Shown here: one piece after another, positions 1-8,230 of the stretch
How positions within the stretch are numbered: the first letter of the stretch is position 1
Layout: each line of letters starts with the position of its first letter
NCBI GenBank assembly: GCA_043767805.1
Contig: JAYUGC010000027.1
Coordinates: 1 to 17,096, forward strand
Length of the DNA: 17,096 nucleotides
Direction: 5' to 3'
Source of the DNA: Pseudomonadota bacterium
GTDB lineage: Bacteria; Bdellovibrionota; FAC87; UBA2466
The notes under the pieces: generated by a model
Databases searched by the model: none
Told to the model about the DNA's origin: nothing
What the model saw: only the letters and a program-made list of their open reading frames with translations
Program-made: the position numbers and the translations under genes

Positions 1-1
1 C

Positions 2-382
2 GGCGGCACGGACAGCTGTGGCTTGGGTTGGCAGGTGACGGATAAGAAGACCTTCTTGGCGACAACCACCCGTGGCACCACGAACGGTTTCGTTCCCCCG
101 ACGTTCGGTATCACGTCTGGAACGATCGGTTGCGAACAGCACAGCTTCTCCAAGATCGATTACAACTCGGCGAAGTTCGCCCAGAACAACATCGACACGT
201 TGAAGCTCGAAATCGCGCAAGGCCAGGGCGAGACCCTTTCCGCTTTCGCCGCGGCGATGCAGTGCGATTCGAGCGCGTTCGGCACGGTCATCCAATCCAA
301 CTTCTCCAAGTTGGACATGACCACGCCCATCAGCTTCGTCCAGAGCGTCAAGGAAGTTTCCAAAGACGCTTGCCACGGCTAA
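2..382 (+). CDS. DUF3015 family secreted protein, 5'-truncated by the window edge
   Basis: The frame is open from base 2 (GGTDSCGLGWQV...). It carries the CGLG motif, TFGITSGTIGC and the 'TLKLEIAQGQGETLSAFA...C' segment typical of DUF3015. A terminator follows. Confidence 0.85.
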   Translation, partial: GGTDSCGLGWQVTDKKTFLATTTRGTTNGFVPPTFGITSGTIGCEQHSFSKIDYNSAKFAQNNIDTLKLEIAQGQGETLSAFAAAMQCDSSAFGTVIQSNFSKLDMTTPISFVQSVKEVSKDACHG

Positions 383-397
383 TCGTTTAGCTCGAAG

Positions 398-431
398 AAG
401 CCCTCAGGGGAAACCCCGGGGGCTTTTTTTT
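398..431 (+). terminator. Rho-independent terminator after the DUF3015 gene
   Basis: AAGCCCTCAGGG-GAAA-CCCCGGGGGCTT stem with one mismatch and one G-U pair, a GNRA loop, and a T8 tract. Confidence 0.9.
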
Positions 432-502
432 GTCTATTTGACTTACTTTTCCTCTATGGAGAGTCGGGCCGCTGTTGAAACGGCGTTAGCCGGGTTCCCT
501 TT

Positions 503-1396
503 TTAGAAGGGATTTAGGCGATAGACCGATTCGGAGTAGGCGAAGCTGATTAGGTAACGGACGCCGTCGCCGGCGCGGCCCGTGAGATCTTGCGCGGCGA
601 GTGTGATGGCGAGGGGGCTTTTGCGAAAGGGCGTTACCGAGACGCCCGCGTAGAGATCCTGGCCCGTCCAGTTCGCGATTACCGTGACAGGAGCGATGAC
701 TCTTACTCCGACGGAAGCAAACCAGCCCAAAGTATTTCTGTCCGTAAAGACCGCTTCCTCGCTGCGGTAGCCGCCGTTTCCGAGGCCCGAGTGCAGAGTC
801 ATCATGCTGAAGGCGTCTTTGTCGCTCGCCTTGAAATGAAACGTCTTCGAGATGGCGAGATAAAACGCGCTCTTTCCGTCGGTGCCGCCCCAACCAAGGG
901 CGTTGTCCCAGCCGATGGCGACGCCGACTTCGGACGGCAAAAGCCGGTGCATCTTCAGATTCACGGCGCCTTTGTCCCCCGGAGGCCAGAGCCCGTGAAT
1001 GCCGAGAGACACTTCGATGGCGGCCAGCCCGCGCGCGTTGCCGAGACCAAAGCCGATCACGCCCGAGCCATTGGCTTTGGTGCGGTAGCGCGGCCGGCTT
1101 TGCACGCTAAAGCCCGTGAAGAACTCGGTCCACTGCGCGCCGTATCCGCTTGGGGAGGCGATGGACGAGCTGGGGGCGTGCCAAGTGCCGAAGCGGCGGG
1201 CCTCGACGACAGTCATGCCTTCTTCAAAAAGTTTTTTTTCCTGCTCGTTGGTCTGAAGCGGAGGAACGAGGAGCCGCCGGCGGAACTCGGCCATGCGCGA
1301 TGAGATGCCTTGGGATTCGGCGTGCGCCGACGCGGCCAACCCGAGCAGGGCCGCGGCGAGTACCGCTCTAGTGCGTACGGAACGACCCCAGGACAT
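503..1396 (-). CDS. Putative outer-membrane beta-barrel protein (loosely YjbH-like; resembles uncharacterised cyanobacterial-type barrels)
   Basis: Signal peptide ending ASAHA-E. Alternating amphipathic strands (GVIGFGLG, FYLAISKTF, WFASVGVRV, LYAGVSVTPF, YLISFAYS). C-terminal Phe. AGGGA SD-like site upstream of the ATG. Confidence 0.75.
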   Translation of the reverse strand: MSWGRSVRTRAVLAAALLGLAASAHAESQGISSRMAEFRRRLLVPPLQTNEQEKKLFEEGMTVVEARRFGTWHAPSSSIASPSGYGAQWTEFFTGFSVQSRPRYRTKANGSGVIGFGLGNARGLAAIEVSLGIHGLWPPGDKGAVNLKMHRLLPSEVGVAIGWDNALGWGGTDGKSAFYLAISKTFHFKASDKDAFSMMTLHSGLGNGGYRSEEAVFTDRNTLGWFASVGVRVIAPVTVIANWTGQDLYAGVSVTPFRKSPLAITLAAQDLTGRAGDGVRYLISFAYSESVYRLNPF

Positions 1397-1991
1397 TGTG
1401 GATCCCTTCCGTCTGCTTGCTGTTCAAGAAGACTTCGATCGCTTTGAGCTCTTGCGCGTTCGCGCCGCTTCTTTTTTGCGCGATCGCCTGCCAGCGTTTC
1501 ACCGTCTCACCGATCAGGGCGTTCCACTTGTTGATGGCGCCTTTGGCGGCGATGCTGGTCAGAATGGATTCCCCATCGTCGGAGCTCTCCAGGGAAGCGA
1601 GAAGAAGCTCCAAGGCGGCGTGGCTTTCGTGGGCCGCGGCGGAAAGGCTACTCGCCGCCGTTTCCAGCGGCGTGAAGGGGTTTTGAGACGTGACCAGCGC
1701 GGTGCGAAGGCTATCCGCCACGACCAGCGGATTTCCGGCGGGAATGGCCAGCGGACCCCGGCCGATGACGTCGGCAATGGCCCCGCTTTTCGAGACGTCG
1801 CTGCCGTTGATGGCGTCCAGGATCGCCGCGCCCCAGCGGGAAGTCAGAGGCGGGTGGGAATAGTTCGAGGAGCTCGCCACCACGTCAGCTTGAGAGTCGA
1901 CTTTGGTGGCAAGCGCATCGGAGGTTATATACGCGCGCTCAGCCCACACGGGTGATGACGAGAGAATCGCGGCCAGCCAAAGTGTGCGCAT
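1368..1991 (-). CDS. Secreted Ala/Ser-rich, predicted alpha-helical hypothetical protein
   Basis: Signal peptide MRTLWLAAILSSSPVWA. Starts just after the M14 gene stop and overlaps the barrel gene by 29 nt. Helical C-terminal motif AINKWNALI...QELKAIEVFL. Confidence 0.75.
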   Translation of the reverse strand: MRTLWLAAILSSSPVWAERAYITSDALATKVDSQADVVASSSNYSHPPLTSRWGAAILDAINGSDVSKSGAIADVIGRGPLAIPAGNPLVVADSLRTALVTSQNPFTPLETAASSLSAAAHESHAALELLLASLESSDDGESILTSIAAKGAINKWNALIGETVKRWQAIAQKRSGANAQELKAIEVFLNSKQTEGIHNVLGSFRTH

Positions 1992-1997
1992 AGAGGT

Positions 1998-2930
1998 CTA
2001 GTCGGCGAGCTTTTGCAGGAACTGTTTCCGCTCGAGCTTCAAAGAAAGTAAGGTCGTCGCCGGCGCGGCCTGCGCCGTCAAACGGGAAAGGGCGTCCCAC
2101 CAAGACAGGTGCTTGTCGAAATACTTATGCTCCACGTTGCGCCGGCCTTCGTAGGTGAACGCGCGCGCGCCGTAGGTGGAGTAGTAATAGTCCTTCGTCG
2201 TGCCGAGGGGCGCATAGCCGAGCACTTCGTCGGTGGTGCCCAGCTGAATGCCGAGATTTTTCGCGGCGAGCTGCTCGACTTCTTCGTGGCGGCGCTTGTC
2301 GCCGGCCGGAAGTTTCGCGTTTTTATAAGACCAGGGGTGGAGGAGGGCCCCAATGCAGCAGTGGTAGTCGACGGTGACTTCGAAGCGGAGGCTCAGGCGG
2401 TGCTGGAGCTCGGCGAGTTTTTCGGCGAGGGCGCGGGTTTCCGATTGCTTGAATCCTTGGAAGTTCGCGGGCACGACGTCCCAGTCGCGGTTCAAATCGA
2501 CGCCGTTCGAGTTGCCGCGCTTATGGGCGACATACCCGTCGGGATTTAGAATCGGGATGAAAATATAGACGCCGCCTTCGTTGAGATAGGCTGCCGCGCC
2601 CGGACTCTTCTTAATGAGCTCCTCGGGCAAGCGATCTTCAAAACCCAAAAATTCGTTTCCGTGCGTCGCGCCCGACATGACCATCGCGGGGCGCTCGACG
2701 AAGGAACCGGGCTTCGCGGCGACCATCATGCGCATGGGCAGGCCCTTGGGGCTCGTGCCGTACTCGATCACTTCCACCACGCCGCCGCTCTCCTTCGCGA
2801 AGCGATCCATGTTAGCGAGCATGGTTCCATACTTGGGGCCCGAAACGCCGGAGTCGCTATAATTCGGGTATTCCTCGGCGCCGAGGCAAAGTGCCCCCCA
2901 GATGAGGGCAAGGACCAAAATTTGGTGCAT
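1998..2930 (-). CDS. Secreted M14 family zinc carboxypeptidase
   Basis: Signal peptide, HGNE (HxxE), PILNPDG, RGNSNGVDLNRDW, a third zinc ligand in DYH, and the catalytic Glu in FTYE. Confidence 0.92.
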   Translation of the reverse strand: MHQILVLALIWGALCLGAEEYPNYSDSGVSGPKYGTMLANMDRFAKESGGVVEVIEYGTSPKGLPMRMMVAAKPGSFVERPAMVMSGATHGNEFLGFEDRLPEELIKKSPGAAAYLNEGGVYIFIPILNPDGYVAHKRGNSNGVDLNRDWDVVPANFQGFKQSETRALAEKLAELQHRLSLRFEVTVDYHCCIGALLHPWSYKNAKLPAGDKRRHEEVEQLAAKNLGIQLGTTDEVLGYAPLGTTKDYYYSTYGARAFTYEGRRNVEHKYFDKHLSWWDALSRLTAQAAPATTLLSLKLERKQFLQKLAD

Positions 2931-2976
2931 AGATCGAAGATATTAGAAGGAGCGGGGAAAGGCTCTACGCCGCGGG

Positions 2977-3690
2977 TCAGTTTTGTCGTTTTTTCACGGT
3001 AATTAGTTCGTAGCAGGGCTGTCCGGCCGCGAGGAAGGTGACTTCGAACTTGGTCCGGCCCTTCGATTCGGGGTCCAAACCATTGTCCGGGTGGGGGGCG
3101 ACCGGCCGATGCGCCTCGATTTCGAGCCCGTGGTAGGTCTCGCAGGCAAAGCGGGCCTCGTCGATGTAGAATTTCTGATCTGAGGCCCAAACGATCTTGC
3201 CGCCCGGCTTCAAGCCCCGGACCATGTGGGCCATGACGGGGTGGTTGTACCAGCGGTTTTTGCGTTGAGAGTTCTTCGGCCAGGGGCAGGGGTAAAGGAT
3301 GTAAATCCGGTCGAGGCTTTCCGGAAGAATCTCGGAGGAAAGGCTGGGGACCACGTTCCCCCGCAGCGGCATAAGGTTCGGTAAAGCCGCGCGTTTTCCG
3401 CGTTTGACCAATGCCTTGCCGCGCATGCGATCGCGTTCCACGGCTATCATTAGAGTGTCGGGATGGCGGCGGGCCATCGCGATGAAAAAATCGCCCGAAC
3501 CGGCCCCTACTTCGAGCCAAACATGGGGAAAGCTTTTCAGCTGTTCGTGGGTGAGCCCCACGCCCCGGCGCTGGCCCCAATAGGCCTCGTACTTTTCTTG
3601 GACGCGTTGAGTCCGACTCCACGCCGTTTGGACGAGGTAATGTTCGTTGGGTTCGTTGGGTTCGTTTGGAGTTTGCCCCACGGGGGACAT
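2977..3690 (-). CDS. trmB: tRNA (guanine-N7)-methyltransferase TrmB-like
   Basis: LEVGAGSG SAM-binding motif, AVER, YPCPWPK...RKNR (variant of FPDPWPK..HHKRR), ASD and RTKFE. Start placed at ATG 3690, just downstream of the tdk stop. Confidence 0.85.
   Translation of the reverse strand: MSPVGQTPNEPNEPNEHYLVQTAWSRTQRVQEKYEAYWGQRRGVGLTHEQLKSFPHVWLEVGAGSGDFFIAMARRHPDTLMIAVERDRMRGKALVKRGKRAALPNLMPLRGNVVPSLSSEILPESLDRIYILYPCPWPKNSQRKNRWYNHPVMAHMVRGLKPGGKIVWASDQKFYIDEARFACETYHGLEIEAHRPVAPHPDNGLDPESKGRTKFEVTFLAAGQPCYELITVKKRQN
3642..3669. repeat. 9-bp tandem repeat x3 (GTTCGTTGG) encoding PNE-PNE-PNE at the TrmB N-terminus
   Basis: GTTCGTTGG GTTCGTTGG GTTCGTTTGG is read directly from the sequence. 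Confidence 0.8.
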
Positions 3691-3698
3691 GGCTGACC

Positions 3699-4283
3699 TT
3701 AAAGCGGAGGCTCGAAACACCGCCGGCAGCGAGCCTCGTAAATCTCGGCGGCGCCTACCAATACCTGGTTACTGGGGAGGTCTCCAGCGGAATTTTTGAG
3801 CCTTTGGCTGCGGCAAGCAGGGTTTCCGCAGACGGTGCATATGGCGGACATTTTGGTGACGAACTCACTGGTCGCCATGAGCAGCGGCATCGGGCCGAAC
3901 GGAACGCCCCGGTAATCCAGATCCAGGCCGGCCACTACGACGCGGAGTCCCCGGTTCGCCAGCCGATTGGTCACTTCGATGATGGCGGTCGAGAAAAATT
4001 GAGCTTCGTCGATGCCCACAATGCGGGTGTTGTCGTCCAGATGGGTTAAAATACCCTCGGCATCGTCCACATTGATGGCATCCAACGAGAGCGAGGAATG
4101 GCTCGTGACCTGATTGGTCGAGTACCGATCATCGATACGAGGCTTAAAAATTTGCACCTTTTGTTTGGCAATTTGCGCTCGCTTCAATCGCCGAATCAGC
4201 TCTTCGGTCTTGCCGCTAAACATGCTGCCGCAAATGAGCTCCACCCAGCCGGCGTTGAAGATTGTGGGAATCGAGATGTTCAT
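3699..4283 (-). CDS. tdk: Thymidine kinase (type II)
   Basis: GWVELICGSMFSGKTEELIRR P-loop, FKPRIDDRY, GIDEAQF, VAGLDLDYRG, and zinc ligands CTVC...YEARCRRC. ATG 4283 is preferred over the longer ORF start, which overlaps the divergent gene. Confidence 0.97.
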   Translation of the reverse strand: MNISIPTIFNAGWVELICGSMFSGKTEELIRRLKRAQIAKQKVQIFKPRIDDRYSTNQVTSHSSLSLDAINVDDAEGILTHLDDNTRIVGIDEAQFFSTAIIEVTNRLANRGLRVVVAGLDLDYRGVPFGPMPLLMATSEFVTKMSAICTVCGNPACRSQRLKNSAGDLPSNQVLVGAAEIYEARCRRCFEPPL

Positions 4284-4293
4284 CAGGGTTGGG

Positions 4294-4322
4294 AATATAA
4301 AGGCGGTGTAAGCTCCAGCCAA
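4294..4322 (-). promoter_or_regulatory. Putative sigma70 promoter for tdk (near-leaderless)
   Basis: TTGGCT-N17-TATATT on the minus strand, ending 10 nt before ATG 4283. No SD site. Confidence 0.5.
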
Positions 4323-4357
4323 GGGCATTGGAGAAAGTTTTTTAGTGTGACGCGTCA

Positions 4358-5398
4358 ATGAGAGACCCACTATCCATAGGCGTTCTGGGAGCGGGCGAGT
4401 GGGGGCCGAATTTGCTCCGGGCCTTCCACGAGCGATCCGACTGCCGGGTGACCTGGGTCTGCGATCGCGATCCCTCGCGGCTCGATTGGGTGCGCCCCCG
4501 CTTTCCCCAAGTGGATGCGCTCCACGATTTTCAAAAAGCCCTGACCCGATCCGATACGGACGCGGTCGCCATTTGCACGCCCACCGAGAGTCATTACCGT
4601 CTTTGCCGGCAGGCTCTCGAAGCGGGCAAACATGTCTTCGTCGAAAAACCGATGGCGTGCTCTTACGCCGACGCGAAAGCGCTGGTCGCGCTCGCCGCCC
4701 GTCTCGGCCGAAAGCTCATGGTCGGGCACGTCTTCTTATTTCATCCCGGCATCCGCGCGGTGCACGAGTTGCTCCAAGAAGGCGTCTTGGGCGAGCCTTT
4801 GTATTACGCCTCCGAGCGCTCGCACTTTGGGCCCGTCCGGGACGACGTGAGCGTGCTCTGGGATCTCGCGCCCCACGACTTGGCGGTGATGCGGCTTCTC
4901 TTTCCCGAATCACCGATACGAGCAAAAGCGCATGGGCTTTCGCTGCTTCCCGGCGGTCCAGCCGATGCCGCCTGGATGGAACTTCGCTGGCGCTCGGGGC
5001 TCGTCGCGCACGCGCGCATGTCGTGGATCGATCCGCGCAAAGTGCGCCGGACCATGCTCGTCGGAAGCCACAAGGCGGTCGTCTTCGAGGAAGAAGCCGG
5101 AGAGTTTTCGGTTCGTCTCTATTCGCCCAGCGAAACGGCGCAGGGATCGCCGCGTGGGCTCATGGCTTATCGTGAGTCATTGAAGGGCCCGGGCGAGCGG
5201 CTCGTCCTGAGCAAGGCACAGCCGCCGCTCGGTATCGAGTGCGGTGCCTTCGTCGACTGGATTCGCAAAGGCGTGCCGCAGTTTAGTTGCGGCGATCTGG
5301 GAGCGGAAGTCGTCTACCTTTTGGAAGGTCTCGAGCGCTCGCTTGCCGCGGAAGGGGCTGAAATCGATCTCGCCCCGGGAATGGGTGCCCTGATTTGA
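4358..5398 (+). CDS. Gfo/Idh/MocA family NAD(P)-dependent oxidoreductase (nucleotide-sugar dehydrogenase-like)
   Basis: GVLGAGEWG Rossmann motif, AICTPTESH, GKHVFVEKP, LMVGH and WDLAPHDL. Confidence 0.93.
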   Translation: MRDPLSIGVLGAGEWGPNLLRAFHERSDCRVTWVCDRDPSRLDWVRPRFPQVDALHDFQKALTRSDTDAVAICTPTESHYRLCRQALEAGKHVFVEKPMACSYADAKALVALAARLGRKLMVGHVFLFHPGIRAVHELLQEGVLGEPLYYASERSHFGPVRDDVSVLWDLAPHDLAVMRLLFPESPIRAKAHGLSLLPGGPADAAWMELRWRSGLVAHARMSWIDPRKVRRTMLVGSHKAVVFEEEAGEFSVRLYSPSETAQGSPRGLMAYRESLKGPGERLVLSKAQPPLGIECGAFVDWIRKGVPQFSCGDLGAEVVYLLEGLERSLAAEGAEIDLAPGMGALI

Positions 5399-6930
5399 GT
5401 CACTCGCAAGCCATCGTGCATGTTCTGGTCTCGACCGGAATATTTTTGCTGACGCCGCTGCTTCTCTCCTACGGCCGGCTTTTTCCCGCCTCTCGCAGTG
5501 CCGTTTTTTTGGCGATCCTCGCCGTGTACGCGCTGGTCGGGCCGTGGCTCCCCGAAGTGATGCCGCTTTGGACGATTTGGCTCGCCGGCATGCTCGCGGT
5601 TTTCTGCGTGCGCCACTACCGGGAAGGTAAGCGCGAGCCGTTCCTCGACTCGCTTCGCTTTTGGCCGGTCCCTCTCATTTTGCTCCTGGGTTTTGGTCTC
5701 TTTCTTTGCCGCTGGGATCCGCCCGGGGTTGAGTCCGCGATCTTCGGCGCGACCGCGCGGCGGCTGGCCGAGGGAAGCCAAACGTTTTCCATTGGCACCG
5801 AAGGCGGGGCGGTGAGCCTGCTCATCGCCATGGGCCATCTCGGGCATTGGGCGCCGGTCGAGCGGCTCGTGGGATTTTTCACCGCGGTGGGCGCGGTGCT
5901 TTTCGTTTTTTGCCTCGCCTCCGCGTTGGGACTTTGGTTCGAGCGGACGGCGGCGTTCTCGGGCGGGCTTCTCGCCATGGCGATCTTTTCGGCGCCGCAA
6001 GCGTTGCTGACCTCCGGCGCGGCGCCGCTTTTTTTCGGGCTGACTTCGGGTCTCGTCGTTCTGGAATTTTCGAAGATCGTTTTACTTCGCTCGGCGAGCG
6101 GATGGGAGAGGGCGCTCTACGCGCTAGCGATTAGTTTCGGGGCGTATTGCGAACCCACCGCCTTTTTGGTCTCGCTCATCGTTTGCTTTCCCGCGCTCGT
6201 TTGGGCGTGCCGGGTCTGCGATAGTCAGCGGCGTTTCCTGCGTAACCTCGGCGCGGTCTCGGGGATTGCCGCGATTCTCGTTTTTCCGGCGCTTTGGTTT
6301 GGCCGCTTCGCCGATCCGCCGGTAGTCTCGGGCGGCGGCTGGCCGCTCGCCCTCGCCGTCGCCATTGCCCTGGGTTTTATTTCCTACTACGTCGACCGCC
6401 GCGCGAAGTACCGCGTGCCCTCGGCCATTTGCTTTCTGACGGCCGCCGCTTTGGCGAGTCTCGGCTGGTATGGGCATGTGCCCGTCTCCGTGCAACGAGC
6501 GGCCGAAGCCATGGCGGTCTTTCCGCTCGCCATGCCGGCGGCCTGGCTGGTGGAAGTTTTCGTGGCGGAATGGCGGCGGCCCGCCCGCTACGCGCAGATG
6601 GCGTGTTTCGCGGTTTTCTTCGGTCTCGCGCTCTATCAATTTCGCGCGCATTTGGGCCCGGAGTTTGCGGCCCCGCAACTTTCCTCTAAAGATAGAGCCG
6701 CCATGGCCTACGTGCAGAGTTACGTGCCGGAAACGGACTGCATTCTCATCGACCCCCGGTACGCCGGCCGGTGGATACCGACGTTGACCAACCGTTGCGT
6801 CGTCACCGAGCGGGGACGGGCCCGGTGGTGGTACTTGGCCGACGGGGAACCCCGCCCGCCGCTGCTGGAAGAAGACCCCGTTTATGACGGCGGAGCCCTC
6901 GTTTTTCGGGGCGAAGACGACACCGAATGA
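5395..6930 (+). CDS. Polytopic membrane protein, possibly a GT-C-fold glycosyltransferase (DUF6541-like)
   Basis: More than 10 hydrophobic segments. The C-terminal soluble domain 'DRAAMAYVQSYVPETDCILIDPRYAGRWIPTLTNR' resembles GT-C/DUF6541-type tails. The TTG start overlaps the upstream TGA (TTGA), suggesting translational coupling. Confidence 0.6.
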   Translation: MSHSQAIVHVLVSTGIFLLTPLLLSYGRLFPASRSAVFLAILAVYALVGPWLPEVMPLWTIWLAGMLAVFCVRHYREGKREPFLDSLRFWPVPLILLLGFGLFLCRWDPPGVESAIFGATARRLAEGSQTFSIGTEGGAVSLLIAMGHLGHWAPVERLVGFFTAVGAVLFVFCLASALGLWFERTAAFSGGLLAMAIFSAPQALLTSGAAPLFFGLTSGLVVLEFSKIVLLRSASGWERALYALAISFGAYCEPTAFLVSLIVCFPALVWACRVCDSQRRFLRNLGAVSGIAAILVFPALWFGRFADPPVVSGGGWPLALAVAIALGFISYYVDRRAKYRVPSAICFLTAAALASLGWYGHVPVSVQRAAEAMAVFPLAMPAAWLVEVFVAEWRRPARYAQMACFAVFFGLALYQFRAHLGPEFAAPQLSSKDRAAMAYVQSYVPETDCILIDPRYAGRWIPTLTNRCVVTERGRARWWYLADGEPRPPLLEEDPVYDGGALVFRGEDDTE

Positions 6931-6970
6931 CCGGTTGAACTACGGCCCGGGATTTGGTTGGATTGAGCTA

Positions 6971-7576
6971 GTGACCACCTTTTCTCAATCCGATTCCCGC
7001 CTGGCTCAGATAGGGCGGGTATGGTTCAAATGGCGCGGGTTTTCCCCGGTGCCGTTTTTCCTTCTGCTCTTCTTTTTACCGGCCGAAGTGCGCTGGGAAT
7101 CGAGTGCGCTGGCTTTTTTTCTGGTCATCGCCGCCTCGGCCGAAGGCCTGCGCGTTTGGACGGTGGGATACATGGGAAGCGCGACGCGCACGCGCGGGGA
7201 CGGAGTTCCGGCGCTCGTTCACGCCGGGCCCTTGCGGTACGTCCGTAACCCCCTCTACATCGCCAATGCGATGCTTTATACGACGGTGGGTCTGTTGCTC
7301 GGCCATGTCACTTTGAGCTTTTTGTTTCTGGGCTATACGGCGTTGCAGTACACCTGCATCGTCGCGTTCGAAGAAGAGCGCCTTCTTGCGATCTTCGGTT
7401 CGGCGTACGCCGTGTATCAAAGTCAGGTGCCTCGTTGGGCCGTTTGCTTCGCGCCCCGTTGCCGCACGAGCGGCCACGCCTTCGATCTGAAAAAGGCGCT
7501 AAAGAGCGAGAGCTCGACGTTCCTGGTAATCGCGGCGGTCGTCGCGGTCGTGGCGCTGAAACGCGCTCTCTCGTAA
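6971..7576 (+). CDS. ICMT/PEMT family membrane methyltransferase (LmtA-like)
   Basis: GLRVWTVGY, LVHAGPLRYVRNPLYIAN, EEERL..IFG.AY..Y...VPRW. The N-terminal GRVWFKWRGFSP resembles the LmtA-type subgroup. The in-frame GTG at 6971 is preferred because it avoids the overlap. Confidence 0.88.
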   Translation: MTTFSQSDSRLAQIGRVWFKWRGFSPVPFFLLLFFLPAEVRWESSALAFFLVIAASAEGLRVWTVGYMGSATRTRGDGVPALVHAGPLRYVRNPLYIANAMLYTTVGLLLGHVTLSFLFLGYTALQYTCIVAFEEERLLAIFGSAYAVYQSQVPRWAVCFAPRCRTSGHAFDLKKALKSESSTFLVIAAVVAVVALKRALS

Positions 7577-7583
7577 AACTTCT

Positions 7584-8078
7584 CTAGAGCGCGAGCCGGA
7601 AGGCGCCGCCTATGGCCAGCATCGGGCGCGACTGAAAATACGTCTTCAGCAAGACGTCGATGGCGAACTGCGGCGCCATGGAGATCGTCGATCCCAATCC
7701 CAAAAAGCCACCGAAGAAATTTCGATCCGGACCAGGAGTCGCGTAGGAAAGAAAATGAGCGCCGGCCAGGGCGAAACCATTTAGATGAGGCGTCACGATG
7801 TTCAAGCGATAAGCCGCTGTAAACAATTTCGCGGCGACCGCCGGGGAAGAGCCGAATATGACCTGCAACTCCACGAAATCTTTTCCCCAAGGCAGGGCGG
7901 CGACGACGCCGTAAGCGGGAAGGGCGCCCTCGAAATTCGGCAATTTCGACGGAAGCAGGCTCTCCACGGAAAGACCCACTTCGAAGCGGGCGTCTTCCAC
8001 CGGTAAATCCCCGCAGGTTTCCGCGTGGGCGCCCGAGGCCGCCAAAAAGAGCAGGCTTGAGAGGACGAAAAGCTTCAC
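7584..8078 (-). CDS. Small secreted or outer-membrane beta-barrel (OmpA/OmpW-like) protein
   Basis: Signal peptide MKLFVLSSLLFLAASGAHA, followed by about 8 short amphipathic strands (FEVGLSV, FTAAYRLNI, FALAGAHF, FGGFLGLG, AIGGAFRL). Confidence 0.7.
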   Translation of the reverse strand: MKLFVLSSLLFLAASGAHAETCGDLPVEDARFEVGLSVESLLPSKLPNFEGALPAYGVVAALPWGKDFVELQVIFGSSPAVAAKLFTAAYRLNIVTPHLNGFALAGAHFLSYATPGPDRNFFGGFLGLGSTISMAPQFAIDVLLKTYFQSRPMLAIGGAFRLAL

Positions 8079-8085
8079 AGCGGGG

Positions 8086-8114
8086 AGTGTACCACGGGCC
8101 GTAGACTCGGCCAG
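8086..8114 (-). promoter_or_regulatory. Putative extended -10 sigma70 promoter giving a leaderless transcript for the small barrel gene
   Basis: CTGGCC-N17-TACACT, with TGn before the -10. Exactly 7 nt separate it from GTG 8078. No SD site. Confidence 0.55.
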
Positions 8115-8213
8115 GCCTTAGCCGTCTACTTCTCGTATACTCCCTCCTCCCGAACACAAGCAGTGGACGGTGAAAGGACTGGGCATTTCGGCGTCCTCGG
8201 GAACCCGGCGATG

Positions 8214-8230
8214 GGGCACTTTCCTTGCAT
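8214..8230 (+). promoter_or_regulatory. Putative sigma-54 (-24/-12) promoter for the protease-FHA pair
   Basis: GGGCAC-TTTCC-TTGCA matches TGGCAC-N5-TTGCW with the exact GG-N10-GC spacing, about 50 nt upstream of ATG 8281. Confidence 0.6.

Noticed and set aside
438..502. TTGACT hexamer and a weak hairpin after the first terminator, as a possible sRNA
   Set aside because: There is no properly spaced -10 element and the pairing is weak.
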